A DNA stretch of 64,000 nt from Jatrophihabitantaceae bacterium (GCA_045807085.1 JBJMIB010000037.1:39546-103545); one strand, 5' to 3'. Shown: positions 19,199 to 29,379, counted from the stretch's first letter. The notes: generated by a model not told the origin, from the letters alone. Numbers and translations are program-made.

Positions 19199-20165
19199 GG
19201 AAGCCAGCGAGCCGGGCCGGCGTGGAGTGCCCCGACTCCACCCAGGCATCCAGCCGGCAGCCCTCGGCGGCGGCCAGGTGTTCGCAGCCACGCGGGCACT
19301 GCACCGCGCCGTCCTCGAGATCCGGGAACGCCCAGAGCAGGTCCTGGGCGCTGACATGGGCCAGCCCGAACGAGCGCACGCCGGGGGTGTCGATCACCCA
19401 ACCGTCCAACGGGTCGGGCAGTCGCAACGCGAACACCGAGGTCGAGGTGTGCCGTCCCTTGCCCAGGTCGCTGACCGCACCGGTGCTGCGCGCGGCACCC
19501 GGCACCAGCGCGTTCACCAGGGTGGACTTGCCCACCCCGGAGTGACCGACGAACACCGTGACGTTGCCGTCCAGCAGGGCCCGGATCGGGGTCAGGTCGG
19601 TGCCCCGCGAGGTCACCACCGCCGGGATGTCGAGGTCGGCGTAGTTGCTCAACACCTCGTCCGGCGATGCCAGATCCGCTTTGGTCAACAGCAGGATCGG
19701 CTCCATGCCGGCAGTCAGCGCCGCCACCACGCAGCGGTCGATCAGCCCGTACACCGGTGGTGGTGAGGCCAGCGAGGCAACGATCAGCAACTGGTCGGCA
19801 TTGGCCACGATCACCCGCTCGTACGGGTCGTTGTCGTCGGCGGTCCGGCGCAGCACGGTCTGCCGCTCGAAGATCCGGACGATCCGGGCCAGCGTGTCCG
19901 GCTGCCCGGACTGGTCGCCGACCACGGCCACCTGATCGCCGACCGCGATCGACTTGCGGCCCAGTTCACGCGCCCGCATCGCGGTCAGCCGCACGTCGGT
20001 GTCGGCCAGCAGCACGGTGAACCGGCCGCGGTCGATGGTCACTACCATTCCGGTCGCGGCGTCGGTGTGCGCCGGCCGCTGCTTGCTGCGGGCCCGGCTG
20101 CCGTAGCGGGTCGGGCGGTTGCGGACGTCGTCCTCGTCCAGCCGGCGGGTGTCCCGGCGCGCCAT
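19158..20165 (-). CDS. rsgA: Ribosome small subunit-dependent GTPase A
   Basis: TKAD, GHSGVGKST, GRHTST, DTPG circularly permuted GTPase motifs; CPRGCEH zinc site. Confidence 0.95.
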   Translation of the reverse strand: MARRDTRRLDEDDVRNRPTRYGSRARSKQRPAHTDAATGMVVTIDRGRFTVLLADTDVRLTAMRARELGRKSIAVGDQVAVVGDQSGQPDTLARIVRIFERQTVLRRTADDNDPYERVIVANADQLLIVASLASPPPVYGLIDRCVVAALTAGMEPILLLTKADLASPDEVLSNYADLDIPAVVTSRGTDLTPIRALLDGNVTVFVGHSGVGKSTLVNALVPGAARSTGAVSDLGKGRHTSTSVFALRLPDPLDGWVIDTPGVRSFGLAHVSAQDLLWAFPDLEDGAVQCPRGCEHLAAAEGCRLDAWVESGHSTPARLAGFRRLLASRTDLGTG

Positions 20166-21445
20166 CAGCCGGACTGCTCCAGCATCGCGTGCCACAGCCC
20201 GGGGAAGTCGGCGAGCGTCTTGCTGGTGCAGCCGATGTCGTCCACGGTCAGGCCGGCCACCGCCAGCCCGAGCAGCGCGCCGGCCTGGGCCATCCGATGG
20301 TCGGCGTAGGCCCGCCAGCAGGTCGGTCGCAGCGGCGCCGGCCGGATCACCAGCCCGTCCTCGGTCTCCTGCACCGCGGCACCGGCCGCGCTGAGCTCGC
20401 CGCGCAGCGCGGCCAGCCGATCGGTCTCGTGCCCCCGGATGTGCGCCACCCCGGTGATCCGGCACTCGCCGTCGGCCAGCGCGCACAGCGCCGCGATCAC
20501 CGGCGTCAACTCACTCGCCTCATGCAGGTCGGCCGCCAGCGGGCCGATCGAGCCGGTTCCGGTGACGGTCAGGCCGCGCTCGTCCAGCGTCACCGAGGCG
20601 CCCATCCGGGTGAGCAGTTCGGGCAGCAGGGCGCCCGGCTGGTCGGTCTCGGCCGGCCAGTGCGGCACCGTCACGGCTCCGCCGGTGACCAGCGCGGCGG
20701 CCAGGAACGGCGCGGCGTTGGACAGGTCCGGCTCGATCACCTGATCGGGCAGGTCGAGCTTGCCCGGGGCCACCAGCCAGCGCCGATCGGATAACTCCTC
20801 CACCGAACCGCCGGCCGCCTGCACCGCGGCCACCGTCATCCGCACGTGCGGCAGCGACGGCAGCGGGCCGCCGAGATGCCGGATGTCGGCGCCCTCGGCA
20901 AACCTGGCCCCGGCCAGCAGCAGCGCCGAGACGAACTGCGAGGATGCGGAGAAGTCCAGTTCCAGCACGCCGCCACGCACCTCACCGGTGCCGTGCACGG
21001 TGAACGGCAGCCGGCCGGTGCCGCCGTCGGAGATCGCCACGCCGGCCTGTCGCAGTGCCTGGATCAGCGTCTGGATCGGACGTATCCGAGCGGCCGGGTC
21101 GCCGTCGAAGGTGCTGTCCCCGGCGGCCAGCGCGGCCAGCGGTGGCACGAACCGCATCACCGTGCCGGCCAGCCCGCAGGCCACCCGGCCGCCGTGCAGG
21201 CCGGCCGGCTGGACGATCCAGTCCGGGCCGGCCGCGGTGACGGTAACCCCCAGCGCGGTCAGCGCGTCAGCCATCAGCGTGGTGTCGCGGGCGATCAGCG
21301 GTGCGCCGATCCGGGTCGGCGTGTGCGACAGCGCGGCCAGCACCAGGGCGCGGTTGGTCAGCGACTTCGAGCCGGGCAGCGCCACCACGGCCGCCAGCCG
21401 GCCGGTTGCCACCGGCGCCGGCCAGGGTTGATCCGCTTGGGTCAC
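20165..21445 (-). CDS. aroA: 3-phosphoshikimate 1-carboxyvinyltransferase
   Basis: LPGSKSLTNR, GLAGTVMRF, SASSQFVS, EPDLSNA, RGHETDR, DHRMA, SKT; start trimmed to GTG 21445. Confidence 0.95.
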   Translation of the reverse strand: MTQADQPWPAPVATGRLAAVVALPGSKSLTNRALVLAALSHTPTRIGAPLIARDTTLMADALTALGVTVTAAGPDWIVQPAGLHGGRVACGLAGTVMRFVPPLAALAAGDSTFDGDPAARIRPIQTLIQALRQAGVAISDGGTGRLPFTVHGTGEVRGGVLELDFSASSQFVSALLLAGARFAEGADIRHLGGPLPSLPHVRMTVAAVQAAGGSVEELSDRRWLVAPGKLDLPDQVIEPDLSNAAPFLAAALVTGGAVTVPHWPAETDQPGALLPELLTRMGASVTLDERGLTVTGTGSIGPLAADLHEASELTPVIAALCALADGECRITGVAHIRGHETDRLAALRGELSAAGAAVQETEDGLVIRPAPLRPTCWRAYADHRMAQAGALLGLAVAGLTVDDIGCTSKTLADFPGLWHAMLEQSG

Positions 21446-21555
21446 CGCAACAGTATGACGGCGACCCAGGCCCGGTCGGTGCGCACTCCGGCCAACGCAC
21501 GACCCCTGATCGGCGCCCGGCGCGATGTCGGCGCTGCCCGGTACCGTCTTGAGGT

Positions 21556-22308
21556 ATGTGCGGTCGATATGTATCAGTGAAATCAACCGACAACCTGCTC
21601 GACGAGTTCGACGCGATCGACGAGACCGGTGGCACGGACGGCGGCACCGGCTATAACATCGCGCCGACCACCGGGATCCGGATCGTGGTGAACCGGGCGC
21701 CGCATGGCGCGCCGAAGGAGGCCGAGCCGGTCCGCCAGCTCCGGTTGGCCCGCTGGGGCCTGGTGCCGTCCTGGGCCAAGGACCTCTCGGTCGGCAACCG
21801 GATGTTCAACGCGCGGGCCGAGTCGGTGACCGAGAAGTCCGCGTTCAGCAAGGCATTCGCGGTCCGCCGCTGCCTGGTGCCGGCCGACGGCTGGTACGAG
21901 TGGCAGAAGATCACCGATCCGGACGGCAAGCCGGCCAAGCAGGCCTACCTGATGACCCCGCCGGACGGGCACTCGCTGGCCTTCGCCGGCTTGTACGAGT
22001 TCTGGAAGCCGAAGGACGATCCGGACGCCGACTGGCTGACCTCGGTCACCATCCTTACCGTCGCCGCCCAGGGTGAGCTTGTCGAGATCCACGACCGGAT
22101 GCCGCTGGTGCTGCCCCGCCGGGGCTGGGCCCGCTGGCTCGACCCGAATCAGGAAGGCCCGACCGGGCTGCTCCAGCCGGAGGACGAGGCCGGGCGTGAA
22201 TCGCTGGAGCTCCGTCCGGTCTCGGCGAAGGTGAACAGCGTGAAGAACGACTCCGCCGACCTGATCGAACGGGTCGAGCCGGATCCAGCCGCCCAGGCGC
22301 TGTTCTGA
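21556..22308 (+). CDS. SOS response-associated peptidase (SRAP/HMCES, abasic-site protection)
   Basis: N-terminal MCGRY, YNIAPT, RWGLVPSW, FNARAE, DGWYEW, IHDRMP. Confidence 0.95.
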   Translation: MCGRYVSVKSTDNLLDEFDAIDETGGTDGGTGYNIAPTTGIRIVVNRAPHGAPKEAEPVRQLRLARWGLVPSWAKDLSVGNRMFNARAESVTEKSAFSKAFAVRRCLVPADGWYEWQKITDPDGKPAKQAYLMTPPDGHSLAFAGLYEFWKPKDDPDADWLTSVTILTVAAQGELVEIHDRMPLVLPRRGWARWLDPNQEGPTGLLQPEDEAGRESLELRPVSAKVNSVKNDSADLIERVEPDPAAQALF

Positions 22309-22320
22309 CCGGCAACCCCC

Positions 22321-22932
22321 GTGCTGACGATTGCCACCCCGGTCGGTGAGGCCCAGGTCGTGCTAGATCGGGTCGCCGGTGCGCCGGCCCTGCTGGTGCT
22401 CGGACACGGCGCCGGCGGTGGCATCGAGTCGCCCGATCTGCTCTCGGCCCGCGCCGCCTGCCTGGCCGCCGGGATCAGCGTTGCCCGGGTGCTGCAGCCC
22501 TACCGGGTGGCCGGCCGCAGGGCACCGCCGGCAGCACCGGTGCTCGACCAGGCGTGGCAGGCGGTGCTGCGCGCGCTGGCCCGGCGGCGCGGGTTGGCCG
22601 GCCAGCCGGTCGTCTTCGGCGGCCGGTCCTCCGGTGCTCGGGTAGCCTGCCGGACGGCTGCCGATCCGGCCACCCAGCCGGCCGCCGTGGCGGTCGTGGC
22701 CATCGCGTTTCCGCTGCATCCGCCGGGCAAACCGGAGCGGAGCAGGTTGCCGGAGCTCGCCGCCGTGCCGGTACCGGTGCTGGTGGTGCAGGGCAGCGCG
22801 GATCCGTTCGGGATGCCGCCCGATGGTGCCAACCGGCAGGTCGTGAGACTGCCCGGCGACCATTCACTCAAGCGCAGCGCCGCCGAGCTCGGTCCGGTGA
22901 TCGCCGGCTGGATCGCCGCCACGGTGGGCTGA
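22321..22932 (+). CDS. Alpha/beta hydrolase family protein
   Basis: LGHGAGG, GGRSSGAR, FPLHPPGK, VQGSADPFG, GDH. Confidence 0.85.
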   Translation: MLTIATPVGEAQVVLDRVAGAPALLVLGHGAGGGIESPDLLSARAACLAAGISVARVLQPYRVAGRRAPPAAPVLDQAWQAVLRALARRRGLAGQPVVFGGRSSGARVACRTAADPATQPAAVAVVAIAFPLHPPGKPERSRLPELAAVPVPVLVVQGSADPFGMPPDGANRQVVRLPGDHSLKRSAAELGPVIAGWIAATVG

Positions 22933-22998
22933 GCCCACTGCTCGGATGACCGACCGGCTGAGTGACAAAGGCTGAGCCGGCGTGCCAGAGTCGCCAGC

Positions 22999-24756
22999 AT
23001 GACGCCGAGCACGCCGATCGCCGAGTTCCTGGCCGCCCGCGACCTGCTGCTTGACTGCCGAGGCGACTACCGCCGCGCCCGGCGGGAGTTTCGCTGGCCA
23101 CGGCCGGATCACTTCAATTGGGCGCTGGACTATTTCGATGGGGTGCTGGCCGCCGAGCACGGCGAGCAGCCGGCGCTACGGCTGATCGAGGACGACGGCG
23201 CCCAGGCCGAGTACTCCTTCGCCGAGTTGGCCGAGCGGTCGTCCCGGCTGGCCGGCTGGCTGAGCGCGCACGGCGTGCGCCGGGGTATCCGGGTGCTGCT
23301 GCTGCTCGGCAACCAGGTCGAACTGTGGGAGTCCATGCTGGCCTGCATCAAGCTGGGCGCGGTGATCATCCCGGCCACCACGCTGCTGTCGCCGGCGGAC
23401 CTGGCCGACCGGCTGGAGCGTGGCGTGGTCGGCGCGGTGATCGCCCGCGCCGAGCTGACCGGCGGCTTCGGCAAGCCGGCGGACTGGCTGCCGATCGCGG
23501 TCGGCGGGCCGGCCGAGGGCTGGTTGCGCTATGCCGATTACGCCGGGCATGAGGCTGGATTCGAGCCGGCCGGGCCCACCCCCAGCGGGGATCCGCTGCT
23601 GCTCTACTTCACCTCCGGCACCACCTCCAAGCCAAAGCTGGTGGAGCACACCCATCTCAGCTATCCGGTAGGGCATCTGTCCACCATGTACTGGATCGGG
23701 CTGCGGCCCGGCGACGTGCACCTCAACGTGTCCTCGCCCGGCTGGGCCAAACACGCCTGGTCCTGCTTCTTCGCACCCTGGAACGCCGCGGCCACGGTGG
23801 TGCTGTCCAACTACGTCCGGTTTGACGCGGCTCGGTTGCTGGACGTGCTGCGGGACGCCCGGGTCACCACGTTCTGCGCGCCGCCGACGGTCTGGCGGAT
23901 GCTGGTGCAGCAGGACCTCGGCAGTTGGCAGCTGTCGCTGCGCGAGCTGGTCGGTGCCGGCGAGCCGCTCAATCCAGAGGTGATCGAGCAGGTGCAGCGG
24001 GCCTGGCAGCTCACCATCCGGGACGGTTTCGGGCAGACCGAGACCACCTGCCAGATCGGCAACCCGCCTGGCGAGCCGGTCAAGCCGGGTTCGATGGGCC
24101 GGCCGCTGCCCGGCTACACCGTGCTGCTGGCCGATCCGGTCACCGGCGAGCGGCGCACGGCTGAGCGAGCATCGGGGCGCGGAACGAGCGAGGAGGGGGC
24201 CGAGGTGGTGGCATCGGAGCCGGCTGCCGAGGGCGAGATCTGCCTGGATCTCAGCGACCGGCCGGTCGCGCTGATGACCGGCTACCGCGACGACGACGAG
24301 CGCAACGACGCCGCGATGGCGCATGGGCTGTACCACACCGGCGACGTCGCCTCGCTCGATGCCGACGGCTACCTGACCTACGTCGGCCGCACCGACGATG
24401 TGTTCAAGTCCAGCGACTACCGGATCAGCCCGTTCGAGTTGGAGAGCGTGCTGATCGAGCATCCGGCGGTGGCCGAGGCGGCAGTGGTGCCCTCGCCCGA
24501 TCCGGTCCGGCTCTCGGTGCCCAAGGCGTACGTGGTGCTGGCTGCCGGTCACCAGCCGGACGCCGACACCGCACGGTCGATCTTCCGTTATTGCGCCGAG
24601 CAGCTGGCGCCGTTCAAGCGGATCCGGCGGCTGGAGTTCGCCGAGCTGCCGAAGACCATCAGCGGCAAGATCCGCCGGGTCGAGCTGCGCGGTTCGGAAG
24701 CCGCCCGGGGCGGCGAGCGGTCGGCCACCGAATACCGCGAGGAGGACTTCCGCTAG
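22999..24756 (+). CDS. AMP-binding acyl-CoA synthetase
   Basis: YFTSGTTSKPK P-loop, DGFGQTET, YHTGD, GRTDD, LPKTISGKIRR. Confidence 0.93.
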   Translation: MTPSTPIAEFLAARDLLLDCRGDYRRARREFRWPRPDHFNWALDYFDGVLAAEHGEQPALRLIEDDGAQAEYSFAELAERSSRLAGWLSAHGVRRGIRVLLLLGNQVELWESMLACIKLGAVIIPATTLLSPADLADRLERGVVGAVIARAELTGGFGKPADWLPIAVGGPAEGWLRYADYAGHEAGFEPAGPTPSGDPLLLYFTSGTTSKPKLVEHTHLSYPVGHLSTMYWIGLRPGDVHLNVSSPGWAKHAWSCFFAPWNAAATVVLSNYVRFDAARLLDVLRDARVTTFCAPPTVWRMLVQQDLGSWQLSLRELVGAGEPLNPEVIEQVQRAWQLTIRDGFGQTETTCQIGNPPGEPVKPGSMGRPLPGYTVLLADPVTGERRTAERASGRGTSEEGAEVVASEPAAEGEICLDLSDRPVALMTGYRDDDERNDAAMAHGLYHTGDVASLDADGYLTYVGRTDDVFKSSDYRISPFELESVLIEHPAVAEAAVVPSPDPVRLSVPKAYVVLAAGHQPDADTARSIFRYCAEQLAPFKRIRRLEFAELPKTISGKIRRVELRGSEAARGGERSATEYREEDFR

Positions 24757-24763
24757 CTCGATC

Positions 24764-25237
24764 TCAGCCGGTCGCGATCGGCGCCGTCCGGGCCTCGGTC
24801 ACCCGGATCAGGTCGGCCGGTGCCAGCTCCAGCTGCAGGCCGCGCTTGCCGGCCGAGACGTAGATCCGCTCGTACCCGGTCGCGGACTCATCGACCACCA
24901 CCGGGATCCGGCTGCGGTGGCCCAGCGGGCTGATGCCGCCCAGCACGTAGCCGGTGGCCCGCTGTGCCTTGACCGGCTCGGCCAGCTCGGCCCGGCGGCC
25001 GCCGACCGCGGCGGCCAGTGCCTTCAGATCGAGCCGGGCCGCGACCGGCACCACCGCGCAGGCCAGCGTGCCGTCCACCGACGCGATGAGGGTCTTGAAG
25101 ATCTGGCGGGGATCCAACCCGAGCCGGGTCGCCGCCTCCGCGCCGTAGGAGTCGGCCCGGCTGTCGTGGGAGTAGCTGTGCGTGCGGTAACCGATCTTCG
25201 CCCGGTCCAGCATGGTGGTGGCCGGCGTCCCGCTCAT
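24764..25237 (-). CDS. ybaK: Cys-tRNA(Pro) deacylase
   Basis: IFKTL, LDLKALA, TGYVLGGISPLG, SAGKRGLQLEL; start at ATG 25237. Confidence 0.92.
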   Translation of the reverse strand: MSGTPATTMLDRAKIGYRTHSYSHDSRADSYGAEAATRLGLDPRQIFKTLIASVDGTLACAVVPVAARLDLKALAAAVGGRRAELAEPVKAQRATGYVLGGISPLGHRSRIPVVVDESATGYERIYVSAGKRGLQLELAPADLIRVTEARTAPIATG

Positions 25238-25238
25238 G

Positions 25239-25343
25239 CCGGTCGATCCTGCCAGCCGCCCGGTCGATCCGGCCAGCCGCCCGGTCGATCCGGCCAGCCA
25301 GCCGGTCGATCCGACCAACCGGCTGGTCGATCCGGCCAACCGG
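25239..25343. repeat. 21-bp tandem repeat, 5 imperfect copies, upstream of ybaK
   Basis: Consensus CCGGTCGATCCGGCCAGCCGC at 25239, 25260, 25281, 25302, 25323. Confidence 0.9.
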
Positions 25344-25374
25344 CTGGCCGAGCCGGCGGGGGGAGAATGGGCGG

Positions 25375-25581
25375 ATGCAACGGATTCCCATCAGCGGCGG
25401 CGGTATCCGGCTCGGGCAGTTCCTCAAGCTGGCCGAGCTGGTCGAGCAGGGCTCGGACGTCAAGCAATTGCTGGCCGGCGGCGAGGTGCTGGTCAACGGC
25501 GAGCCGGAGCACCGGCGGGGTCGACAGCTGGTTCCGGGCGATCTGGTCACCGTCCGTGCGCAACACTTCACACTGAGCTGA
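25375..25581 (+). CDS. S4-domain RNA-binding protein (YaaA/YbcJ-like)
   Basis: IRLGQFLKLA, VLVNGEPEHRRGRQLVPGD. Confidence 0.9.
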   Translation: MQRIPISGGGIRLGQFLKLAELVEQGSDVKQLLAGGEVLVNGEPEHRRGRQLVPGDLVTVRAQHFTLS

Positions 25582-25607
25582 TATTAGCGATTACCCTGTC
25601 AGAAAAG

Positions 25608-25633
25608 GGGAATCCCGGCTTGCTCGAAGCGTT
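25608..25633 (+). promoter_or_regulatory. Putative SigR/SigH-type ECF promoter
   Basis: GGGAAT-N16-CGTT (GGAA-N18-GTT) upstream of the gene preceding sigR. Confidence 0.55.
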
Positions 25634-25690
25634 CGGGCAGCGCATGATCGAGAGTGCGCCGCAGGTGCGCGACGGGGGATCGGAAGGCTG

Positions 25691-26233
25691 ATGGCAGACA
25701 GCGTCTCATTGCCGTATCCGGGTGGAATGGCCCGGCAGTGGGGGCACTATGCCCCTCAGCTGCTCAGCGGAGCCATCGTGCTGGTGATCGCGCTCGGCTT
25801 CCAGCCGTACTCGGTCGGCCTGCCCATCCTGCTGGCAACCACTGCGCTGCTGCTGTTCGTTCTGGTCACCTGGCTACAGATGCGCGATCACGACCGCCGG
25901 CTCTGCGAGCGGTGCGCGGGTTCCATGCCGCTGAACGCCGCCGAGTACGCCGCCCGTTACCAGCGCCGGTTCCGGCTGGTGCATGCCGGCAGCAACCCGC
26001 GCCTCTTGGTGCCGTACCTGCTGGTCCTGATCGGCAGCAACTTCCTGACCAGCCCGCCCGGCCGGATCGTCTGGGCGTTGGTGCAGGCCAGCATGATCTA
26101 CCTGATCCTGTCCCACGCCAGCCACCGCAAGCTGCAGCCCTGGTGCCCGTGGTGCTCCGACGGCGGAGGTGGCACCGAGGAGTTCGACCCGGAGCCGGAC
26201 GTGCCGCGCGGCGATCGCCGCCAGTTGGTCTGA
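25691..26233 (+). CDS. Membrane protein with two CxxC motifs, upstream of sigR
   Basis: About four hydrophobic segments; HDRRLCERC and HRKLQPWCPWC. Confidence 0.75.
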   Translation: MADSVSLPYPGGMARQWGHYAPQLLSGAIVLVIALGFQPYSVGLPILLATTALLLFVLVTWLQMRDHDRRLCERCAGSMPLNAAEYAARYQRRFRLVHAGSNPRLLVPYLLVLIGSNFLTSPPGRIVWALVQASMIYLILSHASHRKLQPWCPWCSDGGGGTEEFDPEPDVPRGDRRQLV

Positions 26234-26331
26234 TCGTTGCCCGGGCCACTCGGCCGCGGCCCGGGCAACGGCGGTCCTGCGGGCTGGGCGCTGTAGCCGG
26301 CGCAGTCCCGCAACGGCGGCTCGGCCAGGCA

Positions 26332-26359
26332 GGGAATGGAAGGTGAAAGGGCTGACGTT
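26332..26359 (+). promoter_or_regulatory. Possible autoregulatory SigR promoter
   Basis: GGGAAT-N18-CGTT upstream of sigR; spacing is slightly long. Confidence 0.4.
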
Positions 26360-26526
26360 CCACCCTGCGAAGCCCGTTGGGTTGATCATGAGGGGAAGAA
26401 CGCATGCTCGTGCTGGAGTCAGCCAGCCGGCAACCTGCAACCGAACCGCCACCGCAACCCGGTCGACCCGTAAACTCTGCCTTGCCGGTGCCGTGCAGAG
26501 GTTGGCAGACGACCAGAGGGAGCGCA

Positions 26527-27141
26527 GTGGCTGAAGAGACCGTGGAGGACCGTCGCGCTCGATTCGAGCGGGACGCGCTGCCCTATCTCGACCAGCTGTA
26601 CGCGGCCGCGATGCGGATGACCCGGAACCCGGCCGATGCCGAGGATCTGGTCCAGGAGACCTACGTCAAGGCGTTCGCCGCCTTCCACCAGTTCGCCGAG
26701 GGCACCAACCTCAAGGCCTGGCTGTACCGGATCCTGACCAACAGCTTCATCAACACCTACCGCAAGAAGCAGCGGCAGCCGCAGCAGAGCAACTCCGACA
26801 CCATCGAGGACTGGCAGCTGCACGCGGCCGAGTCGCACAGCTCGTCCGGACTCCGTTCGGCCGAGATGGAAGCGCTGGACCACCTGCCCGACTCCGACGT
26901 GAAGGAGGCGCTGCAGCAGCTGCCGGAGGAATTCCGGCTGGCCGTCTACCTCGCCGACGTCGAAGGCTTCGCGTACAAGGAAATCGCCGAGATCATGGAC
27001 ACCCCGATCGGGACCGTGATGTCCCGGCTGCACCGCGGCCGCCGGCAACTGCAGGCCCTGCTCGCCGACTACGCGCGCGGCCGCGGCCTGGTCGCCAGCG
27101 GCAACCGCGGCCCAGGCAACACCGAAGGAGACAAGTCATGA
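26527..27141 (+). CDS. sigR: ECF sigma factor SigR/SigH (thiol-oxidative stress)
   Basis: [62 protein letters not shown]; followed by a ZAS anti-sigma. Confidence 0.92.
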   Translation: MAEETVEDRRARFERDALPYLDQLYAAAMRMTRNPADAEDLVQETYVKAFAAFHQFAEGTNLKAWLYRILTNSFINTYRKKQRQPQQSNSDTIEDWQLHAAESHSSSGLRSAEMEALDHLPDSDVKEALQQLPEEFRLAVYLADVEGFAYKEIAEIMDTPIGTVMSRLHRGRRQLQALLADYARGRGLVASGNRGPGNTEGDKS

Positions 27142-27422
27142 CCGGTTTCGGCCCGGGCGGCGTGGACTGCGGCGAGGTGCTCGCGGACGTCTACCTCTAT
27201 CTGGACGACGAGACCGACGACGAGGCGCGGCACCGGATCCGGATGCACCTGGACGACTGCGCTCCCTGCCTGCGCCGGTACGGCCTGGAGCAGGACGTGA
27301 AGTCGCTGGTCGCGCGCAGCTGCGGTGGTGACATCGCGCCGGGCGAGCTCAAGGACCGGATCCGTGGCCGGCTCAGCCAGGTGGTCATCGAGACCAGCCA
27401 CCTGGAGTACCGGGCCGACTGA
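27138..27422 (+). CDS. rsrA: Zinc-binding anti-sigma factor RsrA/RshA
   Basis: HLDDCAPC = HxxxCxxC ZAS motif; ATGA overlap with sigR. Confidence 0.92.
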   Translation: MTGFGPGGVDCGEVLADVYLYLDDETDDEARHRIRMHLDDCAPCLRRYGLEQDVKSLVARSCGGDIAPGELKDRIRGRLSQVVIETSHLEYRAD

Positions 27423-27430
27423 GCCGGCCG

Positions 27431-29125
27431 TTACGCCCTGCTCGCCCTGCTGGTCGCCCGGTCCGGCGCCGGCAGGCCGCCCTCGGTCCCCGGCACCGCG
27501 CCGGCGACCAGGTCGGACTCGCCGTAGTAGTCCTCATCGACGGTCTGGTCGACCCCGTCCGGGGTGCGCACCGCCCGCAGCAGCAGCGTCAGCAGCACCG
27601 CCACCGCCAGGTTGAGCACCAGCGCCGAGAACGCGATGTAGACCTTGGTGTGGGTGAACGGGAAGGTGGCCAGCGAGCCGCCGAAGTGCTTCGTCACGGC
27701 CGACGACTGGTGGTAGGCGGCCACCGTGCCGTACACCATGCCGACCGCCCAGCCCACCAGCAGCGCCCATCGGTGCAGCCATCGGGTGTAGAGCCCGCTC
27801 ACGATGGAGACGAACGTCTGCAGGATCCACACGCCGCCGAGCAGCTGCAGGTTGATCGCGTTCTGCTTGTCCAACGCCAGCACGAAGATCAGCGCACCGA
27901 ACTTGACCACCAGCGAGGTGATCTTGGAGACGGTCGCCTCATGTCGTGGGGTGGCGTCCGGCCTGATGAACTCGCGGTAGATGTTGCGGGTGAACAGGTT
28001 CGCCGCGGCGATCGACATGATCGCGGCCGGCACCAGCGCGCCGATCGCGATCGCGGCGTAGGCCACTCCGGCGAACCAGTGCGGGAACTGGTCGCGGAAG
28101 AAGTGCGGCACCGCCAGCTGCGGGTTCGGCTTGCCGTCGCTGCCGACCACCGAGGTCTTCTCGGCGATCGCGGCGTAGCCGAGCAGGGCCAGCAGCCCGA
28201 GCATCAGCGAATAGGTCGGCAGGATCGAGGCATTGCGCCGGATCACGTTGCGCGACCGGCCGGACAGCACCGCGGTCATCGAGTGCGGGTACATGAACAG
28301 CGCCATCGCCGAGCCGAGGGCCAGCGTCGCGTAGGCCCAGTAGTTGTTCTTGGCCGGCACGAACACCCCGGTCGGCGCGCCGGTCTTCGGGTTCTTGGTC
28401 GCCATCTTGGTCTGCGCGGCCTGGAACAGGTGATGGAAACCGGTGTGCACGCCGACGTAGACGATGGCCACCGCGATGACCAGGTAGACCAGGCTGTCCT
28501 TGACGAAGGCGATCAGCGCCGGCGCCCGCAGCCCGGAGGAGTAGGTGTAGGCGGCTAGCACCGCGAACGCGATCAGCAGCGGCAGGTCCCGGACGAAGGC
28601 GTTGCCCCTGCCGCCCAGGCCGATGGTGTCCAGGACGGCCTGGATGCCGACCAGCTGCAGGGCGATGTAGGGCATGGTGGCCAGGATGCCGGTGATGGCC
28701 ACCGCCAGCGCGAGCAGCTTGGAGTCGAACCGGCCGCGGATGAAGTCCGCCGCGGTGACGTAGCCCCGCCGGTGCGCCACCGACCACATCCGGGGCATGA
28801 AGATGAAGATGATCGGATACACCAGGACGGTGTAGGCGACCGCGAAGTAGCCGGATACCGCTCCGGTGGCGAACATCGCCGCCGGCACCGCGATGAAGGT
28901 GTAGGCGGTGTAGAGGTCACCACCGAGCAGGAACCAGGTGATCACGGTGCCGAACGAGCGCCCGCCCAGACCCCATTCGTCCAGCGAGTGGGGGGCATCG
29001 GCCCGGCGCCAGCGAGCCGCCCAGAACCCGCCGACGGTGACCAGCAGGAAGAAGAACAGCAGCACGCCGAGCGCGGTGCCGTCCACCTTGCTGCCGGCCG
29101 CCAGCTCGATCGGGTGCCCGCTCAT
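27431..29125 (-). CDS. Sodium:solute symporter family monocarboxylate permease (MctP-like)
   Basis: LDEWGLGGRSFG, GGDLYTAYTF, FMYPHS, multiple TM helices. Confidence 0.9.
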   Translation of the reverse strand: MSGHPIELAAGSKVDGTALGVLLFFFLLVTVGGFWAARWRRADAPHSLDEWGLGGRSFGTVITWFLLGGDLYTAYTFIAVPAAMFATGAVSGYFAVAYTVLVYPIIFIFMPRMWSVAHRRGYVTAADFIRGRFDSKLLALAVAITGILATMPYIALQLVGIQAVLDTIGLGGRGNAFVRDLPLLIAFAVLAAYTYSSGLRAPALIAFVKDSLVYLVIAVAIVYVGVHTGFHHLFQAAQTKMATKNPKTGAPTGVFVPAKNNYWAYATLALGSAMALFMYPHSMTAVLSGRSRNVIRRNASILPTYSLMLGLLALLGYAAIAEKTSVVGSDGKPNPQLAVPHFFRDQFPHWFAGVAYAAIAIGALVPAAIMSIAAANLFTRNIYREFIRPDATPRHEATVSKITSLVVKFGALIFVLALDKQNAINLQLLGGVWILQTFVSIVSGLYTRWLHRWALLVGWAVGMVYGTVAAYHQSSAVTKHFGGSLATFPFTHTKVYIAFSALVLNLAVAVLLTLLLRAVRTPDGVDQTVDEDYYGESDLVAGAVPGTEGGLPAPDRATSRASRA

Positions 29126-29379
29126 CGGTCGGCCCCCACGCGGTCGCGGCGGTTCGCCCCGCGGTCACGCTGGATGACCAGGTGGGCGGCCGTGGTGAAC
29201 AGGCCGCAGATCAATACCCAGAGCAGTTGATACCAATAGAAGAAGGGGAACCCCCAGAGCTCCGGAGACTTCTTCGCATAGATCGGCACGATCACCAGGG
29301 CGAGGATCGGTATCGCCAGCAGGATCGTGACCGCGGCCTTGGCGCCGGCCGACAGCCGGTACCGGACAGGTGTAGCCAT
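29122..29379 (-). CDS. DUF3311 small membrane protein (symporter partner)
   Basis: PELWGFPFFYWYQLLW signature; overlaps the symporter start. Confidence 0.88.
   Translation of the reverse strand: MATPVRYRLSAGAKAAVTILLAIPILALVIVPIYAKKSPELWGFPFFYWYQLLWVLICGLFTTAAHLVIQRDRGANRRDRVGADR

Noticed and set aside
18770-19357. 196-aa N-terminal extension of the Asp-box protein (842-aa ORF)
   Set aside because: It runs through the tandem repeat and overlaps rsgA. A clear RBS, GTG and signal peptide start at 18769.
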